Source: Deinococcales bacterium (GTDB taxonomy: Bacteria > Deinococcota > Deinococci > Deinococcales > JAAFIG01). Taken from it: a stretch of DNA of 64,000 nucleotides. Below, one piece after another: positions 50,047 through 60,225 of this stretch. The notes under the pieces were generated by a model that was not told where the DNA came from, did not search any database, and worked only from the letters and a program-made list of their open reading frames with translations. The DNA is taken from assembly GCA_031414595.1 (NCBI GenBank), contig JANNVX010000001.1, positions 1-64,000 on the forward strand, in the 5' to 3' direction. A program made the translations under genes and the position numbers. Numbering within the stretch: the stretch's first letter is position 1; each line of letters begins with the position of its first letter.

Positions 50047-51390
50047 TTACACGGCTGCGTCAATCGCTTTACAAGCCGCGTCCAGTGCCTCGAGACCTAG
50101 GTCTAATTCGTCCCTTGTGGTATTCAGTGGCGGTGTGACCATCGCAATGTTGAATTTCCCAAAACTGAAGACTCCGCGTTTACGAAGCTCCAAAAAGAAG
50201 TTCTTCATGATTCCAGGTCCGTCGCCGTGCCATGCCACCAAAGGTTCTCGGGTGTCTTTGTCCTTAACAAATTCTAGCGCCCAGAACGCGCCGATGCCTC
50301 GTGCTTCGCCAAGCGTATGGTAGCGATTCTCGAGTTCTTTTAAGCCAGTTCGTAGCCAGCCCTCGAGTTGGGCAACGTGTTCTTCGATGCCGTCTTCTTG
50401 GTAAGCCTTGATTGCGGCTAAACCAGCCGCACAGCAGAGCGGATGCCCCGCATAAGTGTGTCCGACAGGTAAGGCTTTAATGTCAAAATACTGAGCCAAT
50501 CCTTCGCGCACTAACACCCCGCCAAGTGGAATGTAGGCGCTGGTGACACCTTTGGCAAAAACGATCATGTCGGGTGTGACCCCAAGCGTATGGCAAGCAA
50601 AGGATTTACCAGTGCGCCAAAAACCAGTCATGACTTCATCAAAAATCAGCAAGATGCCATGCTGGGTGCAAATTCGCCGCAGACCCTCGAGATACCCCTT
50701 GGGGTACATAATCACACCATTAGAACCCACGATTGGCTCGAGCAGAATCGCCGCGACATTGCGTGGATTTTCGTGCATCAGGGTGCGTTCTAGGTGTTCA
50801 AGCGCCCGAGCCGTTTCTTCGTGTGGGTCTTGGGTATAAAACGGTGAGCGGTACGGGTAAGGGGCAAAGAAATGCACAATTCCGGGTGACAAAGCTGGTT
50901 CGTTACCAAAGCGCCTATCCTCGCCGGTTAATTGCATGGCGACACCTGTGCTGCCGTGGTAACTTCGGTAGGTGGCTAAGACCTTAAAACGCCCAGTGAT
51001 TGCCCTTGCCATCCGCACCGCGTCATCATTGGCTTCTGCTCCGCCCGTGGTAAAAAATGCCCTGCCACCCTCACTCCATGGGGTCAATTTAATAATCGCT
51101 TCACCAAGTTCAGCCCGTTTATCTTGAAAGTATCCAGTTGGGCTGTAACAAAGGGTGGCGGCTTGGTCTTGAATCGCTTTGACCACCCTTGGATGCCCAT
51201 GTCCTAGGTTGGTGCTGACCAAACCAGAACTTAAATCAAGGTACTTATTGCCGTCCTCATCAAAGAAAAAACGACCCTCGCCGCGTGTCACCACAGGGGC
51301 ATTGATTGTGCCTTGGGCAACCCAACTCGAGAGAACATACTTCTTATGTTGGGCTTGATGCTGCTCTTGACGACTGGCTGTTTGCGTCAT
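50047..51390 (-). CDS. Class III aminotransferase
   Basis: GAEAND, SYHG, DEVMTGF, AKG, GHTYAGHP. Confidence 0.92.
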   Translation of the reverse strand: MTQTASRQEQHQAQHKKYVLSSWVAQGTINAPVVTRGEGRFFFDEDGNKYLDLSSGLVSTNLGHGHPRVVKAIQDQAATLCYSPTGYFQDKRAELGEAIIKLTPWSEGGRAFFTTGGAEANDDAVRMARAITGRFKVLATYRSYHGSTGVAMQLTGEDRRFGNEPALSPGIVHFFAPYPYRSPFYTQDPHEETARALEHLERTLMHENPRNVAAILLEPIVGSNGVIMYPKGYLEGLRRICTQHGILLIFDEVMTGFWRTGKSFACHTLGVTPDMIVFAKGVTSAYIPLGGVLVREGLAQYFDIKALPVGHTYAGHPLCCAAGLAAIKAYQEDGIEEHVAQLEGWLRTGLKELENRYHTLGEARGIGAFWALEFVKDKDTREPLVAWHGDGPGIMKNFFLELRKRGVFSFGKFNIAMVTPPLNTTRDELDLGLEALDAACKAIDAAV

Positions 51391-51541
51391 AAATCACCTC
51401 GGTAGTGGCATTACGAACCTCACGGTGTTTCGATTTTAATGCCTTGTGCAACCATTCTACCGCAAAAGGGTAAGGGAATAAGTCACATGGCGAGTTATTC
51501 GGCTATGAGGTAGACGTTATTCTCGAGAATCCCTAAACTCG

Positions 51542-53647
51542 CTAACGCCCTTCTAGCTCAGCGTTCTTGGCTTCGGTGGCTGCATCAGTCGAATCATAGG
51601 CTCTGATAATCCGCCCGACAAGCGGATGACGCACTACATCGGACTCGTTAAAGTAGGCAAAATGAATCCCATCTATATCTTTTAAGATGCGTTGGGCTTC
51701 GGTCAAACCGCTTTTTTGATGGCGCGGCAAATCCACTTGGGTAATATCGCCAGTAATCACGACTTTACTCGAGAAACCCATGCGGGTTAAAAACATTTTC
51801 ATTTGCTCTGGGGTGGTGTTCTGGGCTTCGTCTAAAATGATAAAGGCATCATTGAGTGTGTTATGGGTGACAATAAAATCATCGGTCACATATAAATGGT
51901 CAGTAGCAGCAACTCGGATACACTGGGTTTCTTCAAGACCAAGAGATTCAATGTTTTTGATGTGGCGCATCGGTGTTCCACCACCCGTCTCTTGGTACTT
52001 CTCGAGTTTACGGATTAAACGAAAAGGTGCGAGGTCTTTTGGTAATCGAATATCCACAATAAAGGCATCGTTTCGGTGTGGGATTTCTTGTCCTCGCGCC
52101 AAACCCGGTTTGCGTCCAGCCGCCACTCGAGTTCGGGTATATGCTACCCCGCCCAAAGAACGCACCAAGAAAATCACATCATCACGTAAACGTTGCGAGA
52201 TGGTGGTGTACTGAATTCGGCAAGTTCGGGCAGTTTGCGTGACGGGTCCACCATCGGTGTCGAGTAAACCTTGCAGTACCGCTAAGCGCGTGGCGGCATT
52301 GTTGTACTTATAAACATTGGGAATAAATTTGGTTTTTGAACCTGTGCCATTCAAACCTAGTTCTCGTAAAGTCACCGTCACAGGGTTAGGAATGCGTAAC
52401 CCACCGCGTCCACCTTCGGTGTGGCGCAACACATAATCCACCCCGCTTTTATAAACCAATTCGATTTTTGGTAAAACATTTTCTAAGGCAGTCACCAGTT
52501 CGGGGTCGTTACTCGAGAAAGATGGCGTGGTTTTACCTGTAATACAACCATCACCTAACAGCAACCCAAGTGCATATGGGTCAAGTGGAGTATTTTGGGT
52601 TGGGAATTCCACGGGTTGTACCATCGGAATTTCGTAGCGGTATTGGTGAAATTGTTTTAACTGCCCCTGCATCTGGTTTAACTCGAGAACCCGCCCACCA
52701 GTTGCACGGGATTTATCTTTGGTGGTGAATACATGCCAAAGATGCTCAGCGCAACAAACAGTGCTGCTTCCATCGGTCATGGTAACTCGAAAGACCTCTT
52801 TTTGCCCTTGAGGATAGACCCCTAGCACTTGGGTGACTTGACCATTTGCACCAATCACAAAATCCCCAGTTTCAAGTTGACCGATGCTCTGCCAACCCAA
52901 TGGGGTTAAAACTTGACTCGAGAGCGGCTGCGCCCTACCCCGCATAAATCCGAGCGGTGCTACCTCAATACTTCCACTTGACAAGTAACTTTCAAAGCGC
53001 TCAGCATCTATCATGTCAAACAGCGCATCGTAGAGTGGTCGCAAATATGGGTCTATCTTGGCTTGTAAGTCGCCCGGTAAAAACCCGAGTTTTTCGCCAG
53101 CTTCTACCGCAGGGCGGGTTAGGATAATCCGTTTGACTTTTTTGGCTTTGAAGGCTGCGACTGCCATTGCCACCGCCAAGAAACTTTTTCCGGTGCCGGC
53201 TGGACCGATGCCAAAAGTAATGTCCGAGGCGTTAATGGCTTCGATATAACGCTGTTGCCCTTTGGTTTTGGCACGTAAACGCTTGGGTAACTCGAGTCCG
53301 CCAAGGTTAATCCCCGCCCCTTCTTCGGTGTGAATACGTTCGCCGCCGTTTGCCAGTTCTAAGCCACGTTCGATGTCATCCATGCCCAAGTCTCCGCCTT
53401 GTCGGTATAAGGAAAGTAGGTCGCGCAGTAAATTCTCGGCAGTTTCAACTGCCTTTTTATCCCCCTCGAGGCGAATACTGTCGCCTCGAGCCAGAATCCT
53501 TGCCTCGAGTTTTTCACGCATTCGTTTTAAGTGCTTGTCGTTCTCGCCAAATAAAGCCAGCGCTTCTGACGGATTTTGCAAGCGAATACTGACCACGCCC
53601 TGATTTTCTGCGATTTCCGAAGTTTGACCACCTGTAAACTGTTTCAA
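51542..53647 (-). CDS. phoH: PhoH family ATPase containing an intein (start codon uncertain)
   Basis: [28 protein letters not shown]|intein|[14 protein letters not shown]. Confidence 0.93.
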   Translation of the reverse strand: MKQFTGGQTSEIAENQGVVSIRLQNPSEALALFGENDKHLKRMREKLEARILARGDSIRLEGDKKAVETAENLLRDLLSLYRQGGDLGMDDIERGLELANGGERIHTEEGAGINLGGLELPKRLRAKTKGQQRYIEAINASDITFGIGPAGTGKSFLAVAMAVAAFKAKKVKRIILTRPAVEAGEKLGFLPGDLQAKIDPYLRPLYDALFDMIDAERFESYLSSGSIEVAPLGFMRGRAQPLSSQVLTPLGWQSIGQLETGDFVIGANGQVTQVLGVYPQGQKEVFRVTMTDGSSTVCCAEHLWHVFTTKDKSRATGGRVLELNQMQGQLKQFHQYRYEIPMVQPVEFPTQNTPLDPYALGLLLGDGCITGKTTPSFSSNDPELVTALENVLPKIELVYKSGVDYVLRHTEGGRGGLRIPNPVTVTLRELGLNGTGSKTKFIPNVYKYNNAATRLAVLQGLLDTDGGPVTQTARTCRIQYTTISQRLRDDVIFLVRSLGGVAYTRTRVAAGRKPGLARGQEIPHRNDAFIVDIRLPKDLAPFRLIRKLEKYQETGGGTPMRHIKNIESLGLEETQCIRVAATDHLYVTDDFIVTHNTLNDAFIILDEAQNTTPEQMKMFLTRMGFSSKVVITGDITQVDLPRHQKSGLTEAQRILKDIDGIHFAYFNESDVVRHPLVGRIIRAYDSTDAATEAKNAELEGR
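51860..52933 (-). mobile_element. 358-aa intein with LAGLIDADG homing endonuclease (class 3 signature)
   Basis: Starts AQPL, ends [23 protein letters not shown] and LQGLLDTDG. Confidence 0.9.
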
Positions 53648-53780
53648 TATGCTTTTTATTTTACCTCGAGTAAGGCAAAAGCAGCTAGTGGCAAACTGGC
53701 GTATGCCATTGTTACCTTTCCAGTCTCGAGTTTGCTTTGCTGCTGGGTGGTATTCTGGGGTGCTTACAAAAGGAGAATTT

Positions 53781-55076
53781 ATGGCATTCAAAAAAATAGT
53801 TGTTCCAGCAGGCGAAAAAATTACAATGCAGGATGGAGTTCTGAGCGTTCCTAATAATCCGATTGTGCCTTTTATTGAGGGTGATGGTACAGGCGCAGAT
53901 ATTTGGGCAGCTTCGGTGCGGGTTTTAGATGCCGCCGTAGAAAAGGCTTACGGTGGTTCTAAAAAAATTGCTTGGATGGAAGTCTACGCTGGTGACAAAG
54001 CCAACGAGGTTTACGAAGAAATTGTTTGGTTGCCCGAAGAAACCAACGATGCCATCCGTGAGTATTTGGTCGGGATTAAAGGACCACTGACCACCCCAGT
54101 CGGTGGTGGTATTCGCAGTATTAACGTAGCCCTGCGTCAAATTCTCGATTTATACGCTTGCCTTCGTCCTGTGCAGTATTTTGATGGTGTGCCAAGCCCA
54201 GTTAAACAACCAGAACTGGTAGACATGGTGATTTTTAGGGAAAATACCGAAGATATTTACGCTGGTATCGAATTCCAAGCTGGAACACCTGAAGTTAAAA
54301 AACTCTTAACTTTTTTACAAGTTGAGATGAATGTCAAAAACATTCGTTTCCCAGACTCCTCGAGCTTAGGGATTAAACCTGTGTCTAAAGAAGGCACTGA
54401 ACGCCTTGTTCGGGCTGCCCTCGAGTACACGATTGCCAATAAACGTAAGAATGTAACTTTGGTTCACAAAGGCAACATCATGAAATTTACCGAAGGTTCG
54501 TTTAAGAACTGGGGCTATGAACTTGCCGAGCGTGAATTTGGTGAGCATTTCTACACCTGGGCGCAATGGGAGCGCACCAAGGCGGCGAGTGGCGAACCCG
54601 CCGCCAATGCCGAACAAGATGCTGCCCTAAAATCTGGTAAAATCCTGGTTAAGGATTCAATTGCCGATGCGTTTTTGCAACAAATTCTGCTTCGCCCCGC
54701 CGAGTACGATGTGGTCGCAACCCTGAACTTAAATGGCGATTACTTATCCGATGCCTTGGCTGCCCAAGTTGGCGGGATTGGGATTGCCCCCGGTGCAAAT
54801 ATCAATTACCAAACCGGTCACGCGGTCTTTGAAGCCACCCACGGCACAGCCCCAAAGTACGCTGGGCAAGATAAGGTCAACCCCTCGAGTGTGATTTTAT
54901 CGGGCGAAATGATGCTTAGATTCTTTGGTTGGACCGAAGCGGCTGATTTAATCGTCTCAGGCTTAAAGAAAACCATTGACCAAAAAACCGTGACCTATGA
55001 CTTTCACCGTTTAATGGAAGGTGCAACCCTGCTTAAATGCTCTGAGTTTGCGACAGCGTTAATTAAAAATATGTAA
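53781..55076 (+). CDS. icd: NADP-dependent isocitrate dehydrogenase
   Basis: [42 protein letters not shown]. Confidence 0.97.
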   Translation: MAFKKIVVPAGEKITMQDGVLSVPNNPIVPFIEGDGTGADIWAASVRVLDAAVEKAYGGSKKIAWMEVYAGDKANEVYEEIVWLPEETNDAIREYLVGIKGPLTTPVGGGIRSINVALRQILDLYACLRPVQYFDGVPSPVKQPELVDMVIFRENTEDIYAGIEFQAGTPEVKKLLTFLQVEMNVKNIRFPDSSSLGIKPVSKEGTERLVRAALEYTIANKRKNVTLVHKGNIMKFTEGSFKNWGYELAEREFGEHFYTWAQWERTKAASGEPAANAEQDAALKSGKILVKDSIADAFLQQILLRPAEYDVVATLNLNGDYLSDALAAQVGGIGIAPGANINYQTGHAVFEATHGTAPKYAGQDKVNPSSVILSGEMMLRFFGWTEAADLIVSGLKKTIDQKTVTYDFHRLMEGATLLKCSEFATALIKNM

Positions 55077-55138
55077 TTCCCGATTTATGTTGCAGGGGCG
55101 AGATGTTCGCCCCTGTATTGTACAAACCAAAGTTTAGC

Positions 55139-55891
55139 TCAAGCCAGCCCATAAACGTCTCGAGCATTGGCACTGGTGATGCCTTCAATTTCTGCAAACT
55201 CAAGATGGCGGACAATCGCCAGTGTCTCGAGGGTGTGGCGCACATACTCAGGGCGGTTGGGTTTGCCCCGAAACGGAATCGGTGCAAGGTACGGCGCATC
55301 GGTTTCGACCAGCAAACGATTTTCTGGCACAAGACCAGCTGCATCGCGGATTTTCTGGGCGGTTTTATAGGTCAGGTTGCCTGCAAAAGACACATAAAAC
55401 CCAAGTTCTAATCCCGTCTCGAGCAGTTCGGTGTCGCCAGCAAAACAATGCAGAATGCCTTTTGTCCAAGCGGCATTGCGAAGAATTGCGGCACAGTCGG
55501 CAAAGGCAGTTCTTCTATTATCCTTATCTCGGCAGTGAATCACAATCGGTTTCTCGAGCCGCCGCGCTAAGTCCAGTTGCCATTCCAGACTCGAGACCTG
55601 ATTTTTTGGTGTAGCAGCATCCCAGTAGTAATCCATGCCGCTTTCACCAATGCCCACAACTTTTTTATGCCGTGCCAATTGCTCAAGAATACTGACTGTT
55701 TGGGGTGAAAACATGTTCGCATCGGTAGGATGAAGTCCAACTGTGGCATAAACATTAGAAAATTGTTCAGTTAATGCAAGACAGCTTTTGGCACGTTCTG
55801 GGTTAAAGCCAATCGCAATTAAAAACTCGAGTTCGGCAGCGCTCTGTTCTGGGTTTGGTACAGCGTCCAAGTGGCAATGCGTGTCTATCAT
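55139..55891 (-). CDS. tatD: TatD family DNase
   Basis: IDTHCH, GLHP, IGESG.DY, IHCRD, HCF, ETDAPY. Confidence 0.93.
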   Translation of the reverse strand: MIDTHCHLDAVPNPEQSAAELEFLIAIGFNPERAKSCLALTEQFSNVYATVGLHPTDANMFSPQTVSILEQLARHKKVVGIGESGMDYYWDAATPKNQVSSLEWQLDLARRLEKPIVIHCRDKDNRRTAFADCAAILRNAAWTKGILHCFAGDTELLETGLELGFYVSFAGNLTYKTAQKIRDAAGLVPENRLLVETDAPYLAPIPFRGKPNRPEYVRHTLETLAIVRHLEFAEIEGITSANARDVYGLA

Positions 55892-55913
55892 GGACGCACC
55901 GTGGTTATGCGCG

Positions 55914-56918
55914 TCATGGACGCACCGTGATGTCTTGAAAGTGCTGCCAATCTGACCAGCCTTTGATTGGTAAAGTAATTTGTACCTGCCAAGTGACTTT
56001 GTTGTCATGGGCGCTAAAGGTTGTGGCGGCATCTGGTGGGATTGGTATTTCCACCGCAAATTCAAGTTTTTCACCTGCCCGCAATGACCGCGCTTCGGAT
56101 ACTGAAATCACTTGTTGCAAAATCGGCACGGTGTGGGTACTGCGGTTTGTACCGCTTCCAGTCGCGTAAAATTCGTTTTGTACCAATTTAACCTCGATTT
56201 TTTCTAAGTTCACCTCGGCTTTAACGGTGGTGGAAAAGCGAATTTGAATACTTTGACCGGGTTGGACTTGGGTCGGTTCGATCTCGAGGTTGACCGTGCC
56301 TAGTCGGGCTTGAGCGAGGTTATTGCGAAGCAACGAATAGCCAATAAAGCCAAAAACCCCTAGGAAAATCGCGCCAAATAAAATCGCAAAAATAATCGGT
56401 GGTTGAGCAGCACTAAAAACAAAAAACCCAATACCAGAAAAAACAATCATAAAGATACAAATAGCCACCACACCAATAAAACTGTTGTTTCCCGAAACCG
56501 GTTTGCCGTATGCCACTGGTGCGCTATAGCTCGGTCCAAAGTCAACACTTGGCATGTTCGGCACTGCGCCAAAAATAAAATCGGTTTCGGCTTTGGTTTT
56601 ACCAAACATCCCGCCCGACTCTGCCCGAACATACCAGTCTAAGTTGGTGTTTGTGCCTCGGTAGGTAAACGGACCATCGGGCATCGGGAAACTAAAAGGG
56701 ACTTCACTGATTCCCGCCCCCCACGTCTCGGCGATGGTCACTTCGGCTCGAGACCCATGATCGCCGTGTCCACGTCCATGCGCCCGCCATTCACGAATCA
56801 GTTGAATTTTGCCACGTCCACCGTCGGGGTCGTGAATTGTGACGATGCCAGAAACCGTGTCACCAGCCAAATACACGCCGTCGGGACGGTCAAGTCGAAT
56901 CTCGAGCTTAAAACTCAT
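55914..56918 (-). CDS. Membrane protein with two arrestin/SpoOM-like beta-sandwich domains
   Basis: Two similar beta-rich halves (PDGPFTY.G...DW / PDAATTF...VTW) flanking two TM helices. Confidence 0.6.
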   Translation of the reverse strand: MSFKLEIRLDRPDGVYLAGDTVSGIVTIHDPDGGRGKIQLIREWRAHGRGHGDHGSRAEVTIAETWGAGISEVPFSFPMPDGPFTYRGTNTNLDWYVRAESGGMFGKTKAETDFIFGAVPNMPSVDFGPSYSAPVAYGKPVSGNNSFIGVVAICIFMIVFSGIGFFVFSAAQPPIIFAILFGAIFLGVFGFIGYSLLRNNLAQARLGTVNLEIEPTQVQPGQSIQIRFSTTVKAEVNLEKIEVKLVQNEFYATGSGTNRSTHTVPILQQVISVSEARSLRAGEKLEFAVEIPIPPDAATTFSAHDNKVTWQVQITLPIKGWSDWQHFQDITVRP

Positions 56919-57511
56919 AAGGACTCCTTTGATAATTTCTGGTACTCATCGTACAACGGCCCTTCAATTGTGCGTAAGTCATCACCGAATTGCTCTAGAA
57001 GTTGCTCGAGTTTTTGTTGTGGGATGTGTGGTATCTGACCTTCAGAACGCCGCGCCCACTCGAGTCGTTTTTCGATGACTGCTTCGAGTTTTTCTAAGGT
57101 TAAACCTGTTAAGTGCAGAACTTCCACCCTAAAACCAGCCTGCTCGAGTTCATAGGTATGATTTTCATGCGAGGCAATCACCCATGTCTTGGCGCGTTGC
57201 CAAATAAATCGGCGGGTCGAGCGCGGTAAGCGCTGGGCTTCGTCTAAGAAAATAATGTTCGCACGGGTGATGCTTGGCTGCCGACCAAATTCTGGCAAGT
57301 GAATATACGGTGCATCTGGGGTTTTTTGATGCAGTGCAAGTAAATGGGTGGTTTTACCGCGTCCTTTTTCACCAAGAATTAAAATGGCTTTTTTTGGCTC
57401 GAGTAAAAATTCTGGCATTTGCACTGCTAAATCAGCCCGTTCTTCTTGGTTGGGTTCAGAGAACGGATTCCAACGCAAATTCAAAGTGGCATAAGCTCGA
57501 GTTGGTAACAC
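56915..57511 (-). CDS. Small P-loop ATPase
   Basis: LRWNPF, GEKGRGKTT, IFLDEAQR. Confidence 0.75.
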   Translation of the reverse strand: MLPTRAYATLNLRWNPFSEPNQEERADLAVQMPEFLLEPKKAILILGEKGRGKTTHLLALHQKTPDAPYIHLPEFGRQPSITRANIIFLDEAQRLPRSTRRFIWQRAKTWVIASHENHTYELEQAGFRVEVLHLTGLTLEKLEAVIEKRLEWARRSEGQIPHIPQQKLEQLLEQFGDDLRTIEGPLYDEYQKLSKESL

Positions 57512-57534
57512 AGGCTTAAGTGTAAACTACAGCC

Positions 57535-58437
57535 ATGACCATTGGCGCAACCGGAATCGGCACAGAAAGCATCAACCAGCACACCAAGGACTTAGACTTA
57601 TTGGAAACCGCTGCCTTGGTACATCTACTGGTTTTTGATCAAGAAAACGCAGTTAAGGCGGTTTTAGAAGCCTCGAGCCAAATTGCCAAAGCCGTGGATT
57701 TGGCTGCCGCACGTTTAGCCCAAGGCGGGCGTTTACTCTATGCTGGCGCGGGGACAAGTGGGCGCTTAGCCTATTTAGACTCGAGCGAATTAACCCCGAC
57801 CTTTGGTTGGTCAAGGGAACGCGCCGTGGTGGTTATGGCGGGTGGCAAAAGCGCAGTTTTTCAAGCCGCCGAAGGTGCAGAAGACGATTTTGCAATGGGT
57901 AAAGCCGATTTATTAGCCCTAAAACCGACAAATACGGATGTGCTGATTGGCATTGCTGCCAGTGGTGGCACGCCATATGTGCTTGGGGCATTAGAAGCCG
58001 CCAAAGAATCTGGGGTGCTGCGAATTGCCTTATCAAACAATCCAAATACCAAAATTCTCGAGTTTTCGGATGTGCCGATTCTTTTGGACACTGGTGCAGA
58101 AGTGATTTCGGGCAGCACCCGCTTAAAGGCTGGAACGGCTCAAAAAATCGCTTTGAATACTTTATCCAGTGGCATCATGGTGCGTTTACATAAGGTCTAC
58201 GGCAATTTAATGGTGGATTTACAAGCCACAAACATCAAGCTCGTGGCTCGAGCCATTCGTTTGACTCGGCTGGCGACGAGCGTGACCGACGACATGGCAG
58301 AAGCGGCTTTAAGCCAAGCTGGTTGGAATGTCAAAACTGCGATTGTGATGCTCAAAAAACACGTATCCGCCGAGGCTGCGCTGGCGCTGCTCGAGACCTG
58401 CCAAGGCAATGTTCGTTTGGCATTGAAGTCGTCTTAG
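57535..58437 (+). CDS. murQ: N-acetylmuramic acid 6-phosphate etherase
   Basis: GAGTSGRL, EGAEDD, GSTRLKAGTAQK, YGNLMVD. Confidence 0.95.
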   Translation: MTIGATGIGTESINQHTKDLDLLETAALVHLLVFDQENAVKAVLEASSQIAKAVDLAAARLAQGGRLLYAGAGTSGRLAYLDSSELTPTFGWSRERAVVVMAGGKSAVFQAAEGAEDDFAMGKADLLALKPTNTDVLIGIAASGGTPYVLGALEAAKESGVLRIALSNNPNTKILEFSDVPILLDTGAEVISGSTRLKAGTAQKIALNTLSSGIMVRLHKVYGNLMVDLQATNIKLVARAIRLTRLATSVTDDMAEAALSQAGWNVKTAIVMLKKHVSAEAALALLETCQGNVRLALKSS

Positions 58438-58662
58438 GTAACACTCCGCACAGCTAAAAACTGCATTGACCACCGAGACTGGCGCACCACCACTTTCAAA
58501 ACCCCCAAGTGTAACAGCGTACTCTTCAATGTCATCATTGGCATTGTCACCAAGCGCATTAGATTCCTCGAGCAGAACCGCCGCTTCGTTGTTGGGGCTA
58601 GGGCAAGCGGTGAGAAAAGCTGCACAGGATAGAGCCAAAGTCAAGCAAATAATTTTTTTCAT
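58309..58662 (-). CDS. Putative lipoprotein, probably truncated
   Basis: AGGAG RBS and lipobox FLTAC; 3' end runs 129 nt into murQ. Confidence 0.45.
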   Translation of the reverse strand: MKKIICLTLALSCAAFLTACPSPNNEAAVLLEESNALGDNANDDIEEYAVTLGGFESGGAPVSVVNAVFSCAECYLRRLQCQTNIALAGLEQRQRSLGGYVFFEHHNRSFDIPTSLA

Positions 58663-58674
58663 GGATTACTCCTT

Positions 58675-59034
58675 TTATTTACGAGTCAGGGTTTCTGAGC
58701 CACGAAAGTCCCCCGGTTCACAACGCGCCCAAGTTCCCTCGAGTACCCGCCCGCGAACCTCGTAGGCAGTCACACCACAATCAAAGCCAACCACCAGCAC
58801 ACCATTTTGTACAAAACCAATGGCATTGGTGACACTCGAGCCAACCCGGTAAATCAGGCGGTAATTGCGATTGTTTTCAGAAATAACGACTGTGCCAGTG
58901 TAACTTCCCGAACCAGCCGAACCTGGATTGCTACCACGCACCGTGTACTCACCCGCCAAAGAGTTCTGCGAAACACCAACGCTGCAACCAAATACCAAAA
59001 ATGCGACTGCCACTGCTGCCAAAATCTTTTTCAT
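58675..59034 (-). CDS. Putative lipoprotein
   Basis: AGGAG RBS; signal ending VFGC; beta-rich G.Y.V.G.NPG...Y.G.V. Confidence 0.7.
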   Translation of the reverse strand: MKKILAAVAVAFLVFGCSVGVSQNSLAGEYTVRGSNPGSAGSGSYTGTVVISENNRNYRLIYRVGSSVTNAIGFVQNGVLVVGFDCGVTAYEVRGRVLEGTWARCEPGDFRGSETLTRK

Positions 59035-59129
59035 AAGACCCTCCTTAGAACAAGGTCATCTTAGAAAAAATGGTGTGATGTCAGCGTTACGTCTGGGTTT
59101 GCAAAAAAGTGTGTTTAGAAGAGATTTAC

Positions 59130-60203
59130 TTAAAGCGGGAAAATTCTATTCGCCCATTGCTTGGGGTCGGTGGCTTCGGCACGAACTCGCATTTCCCAGT
59201 GCAAATGTGGTCCAGTGCTAAAACCAGAGTTGCCCACTTTGCCAATCAGTTGCCCTTTTTTAACCCGTTGCCCAACTTTGACCAAAATCTGGCTCTGATG
59301 AAAGTATAAACTGACCACCCCAGCCCCGTGGTTAATGCCACTCAGTCCACCACGAATCGGGTAGAACCCTGCCACTTCAACAATACCGTCGTTGCTGGCG
59401 TAAATCGGGTCATTCATTTTCCCTGCTAGGTCTAGTCCATAATGATAATTGACCAAATCATCTTTTTTGTAAAACCGAGCTTGGGCAAAAGGACTGGTAA
59501 AGACCTGCGGACGCGGATAGACAAAGGGCTTATTCCATAAACGGGTTGTACTTTCCGATTTTTTGTGGGCAGCATTAAGGATACTACGTTCTCGAGCGCG
59601 GTTTTCTTCGGTCAGGGTGGACAGCACCGATTGGCTCATAAAGACGTTCTGCACCGCTTGTGGGTCTGGTAATAACTTGATACTCGAGTTAATCACCTCG
59701 CCGCCAAGGTTGGCTTGAATCGGAATCACCTTGGGTTTTTCGCCCAGCAGTTCACGTCCTATTCCCACCCAGTCTTTGTCATCTAGGGTCATAACCAACT
59801 CTTCTTTTCCCCAATAAACAACGGGTCTACCCGCAATCACACCCTTGAGCCGAATCAGCACAGGGTCGCCCGGAATCGCCGCTTCGCGGTGAGTTAGGCT
59901 CGAGCCAACCCCGATACCTTTGATGGTGACAAGTTTCCAACGGCTCGAGCTAGGTGCAGTAACCCGTAATGAGCTAGGCGCGGGTGGAGTCTGGCTCATT
60001 ACGGCTCGGTCTGGGACTTCTAATTTTTGCCCAAGACGAATTTCGTTACTGCCAAGGTTATTTAAGCGCTTTAATTCGTCCACTGTAATGCCGTAAGTTC
60101 GAGCAATGCTAAAGAGCGTATCGCCAGACTGGACAGTGTAGGTGCTTGCCAAGGCGACAACACTTGAAACCAAAAGAAGCACAGCCAGCCAAGGTTTTTT
60201 CAC
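59130..60203 (-). CDS. LysM plus M23 metallopeptidase
   Basis: YTVQSGDTLFSIA; HYGLD, HQS, STGPHLHWE. Confidence 0.92.
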   Translation of the reverse strand: MKKPWLAVLLLVSSVVALASTYTVQSGDTLFSIARTYGITVDELKRLNNLGSNEIRLGQKLEVPDRAVMSQTPPAPSSLRVTAPSSSRWKLVTIKGIGVGSSLTHREAAIPGDPVLIRLKGVIAGRPVVYWGKEELVMTLDDKDWVGIGRELLGEKPKVIPIQANLGGEVINSSIKLLPDPQAVQNVFMSQSVLSTLTEENRARERSILNAAHKKSESTTRLWNKPFVYPRPQVFTSPFAQARFYKKDDLVNYHYGLDLAGKMNDPIYASNDGIVEVAGFYPIRGGLSGINHGAGVVSLYFHQSQILVKVGQRVKKGQLIGKVGNSGFSTGPHLHWEMRVRAEATDPKQWANRIFPL

Positions 60204-60225
60204 GTCAACAGTCTAACCTGTGCAA

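Noticed and set aside
53649-53791. Overlapping N-terminal extensions of phoH and icd
   Set aside because: icd has an AGGAG RBS at ATG 53781; the extensions are artefacts of longest-ORF calling.
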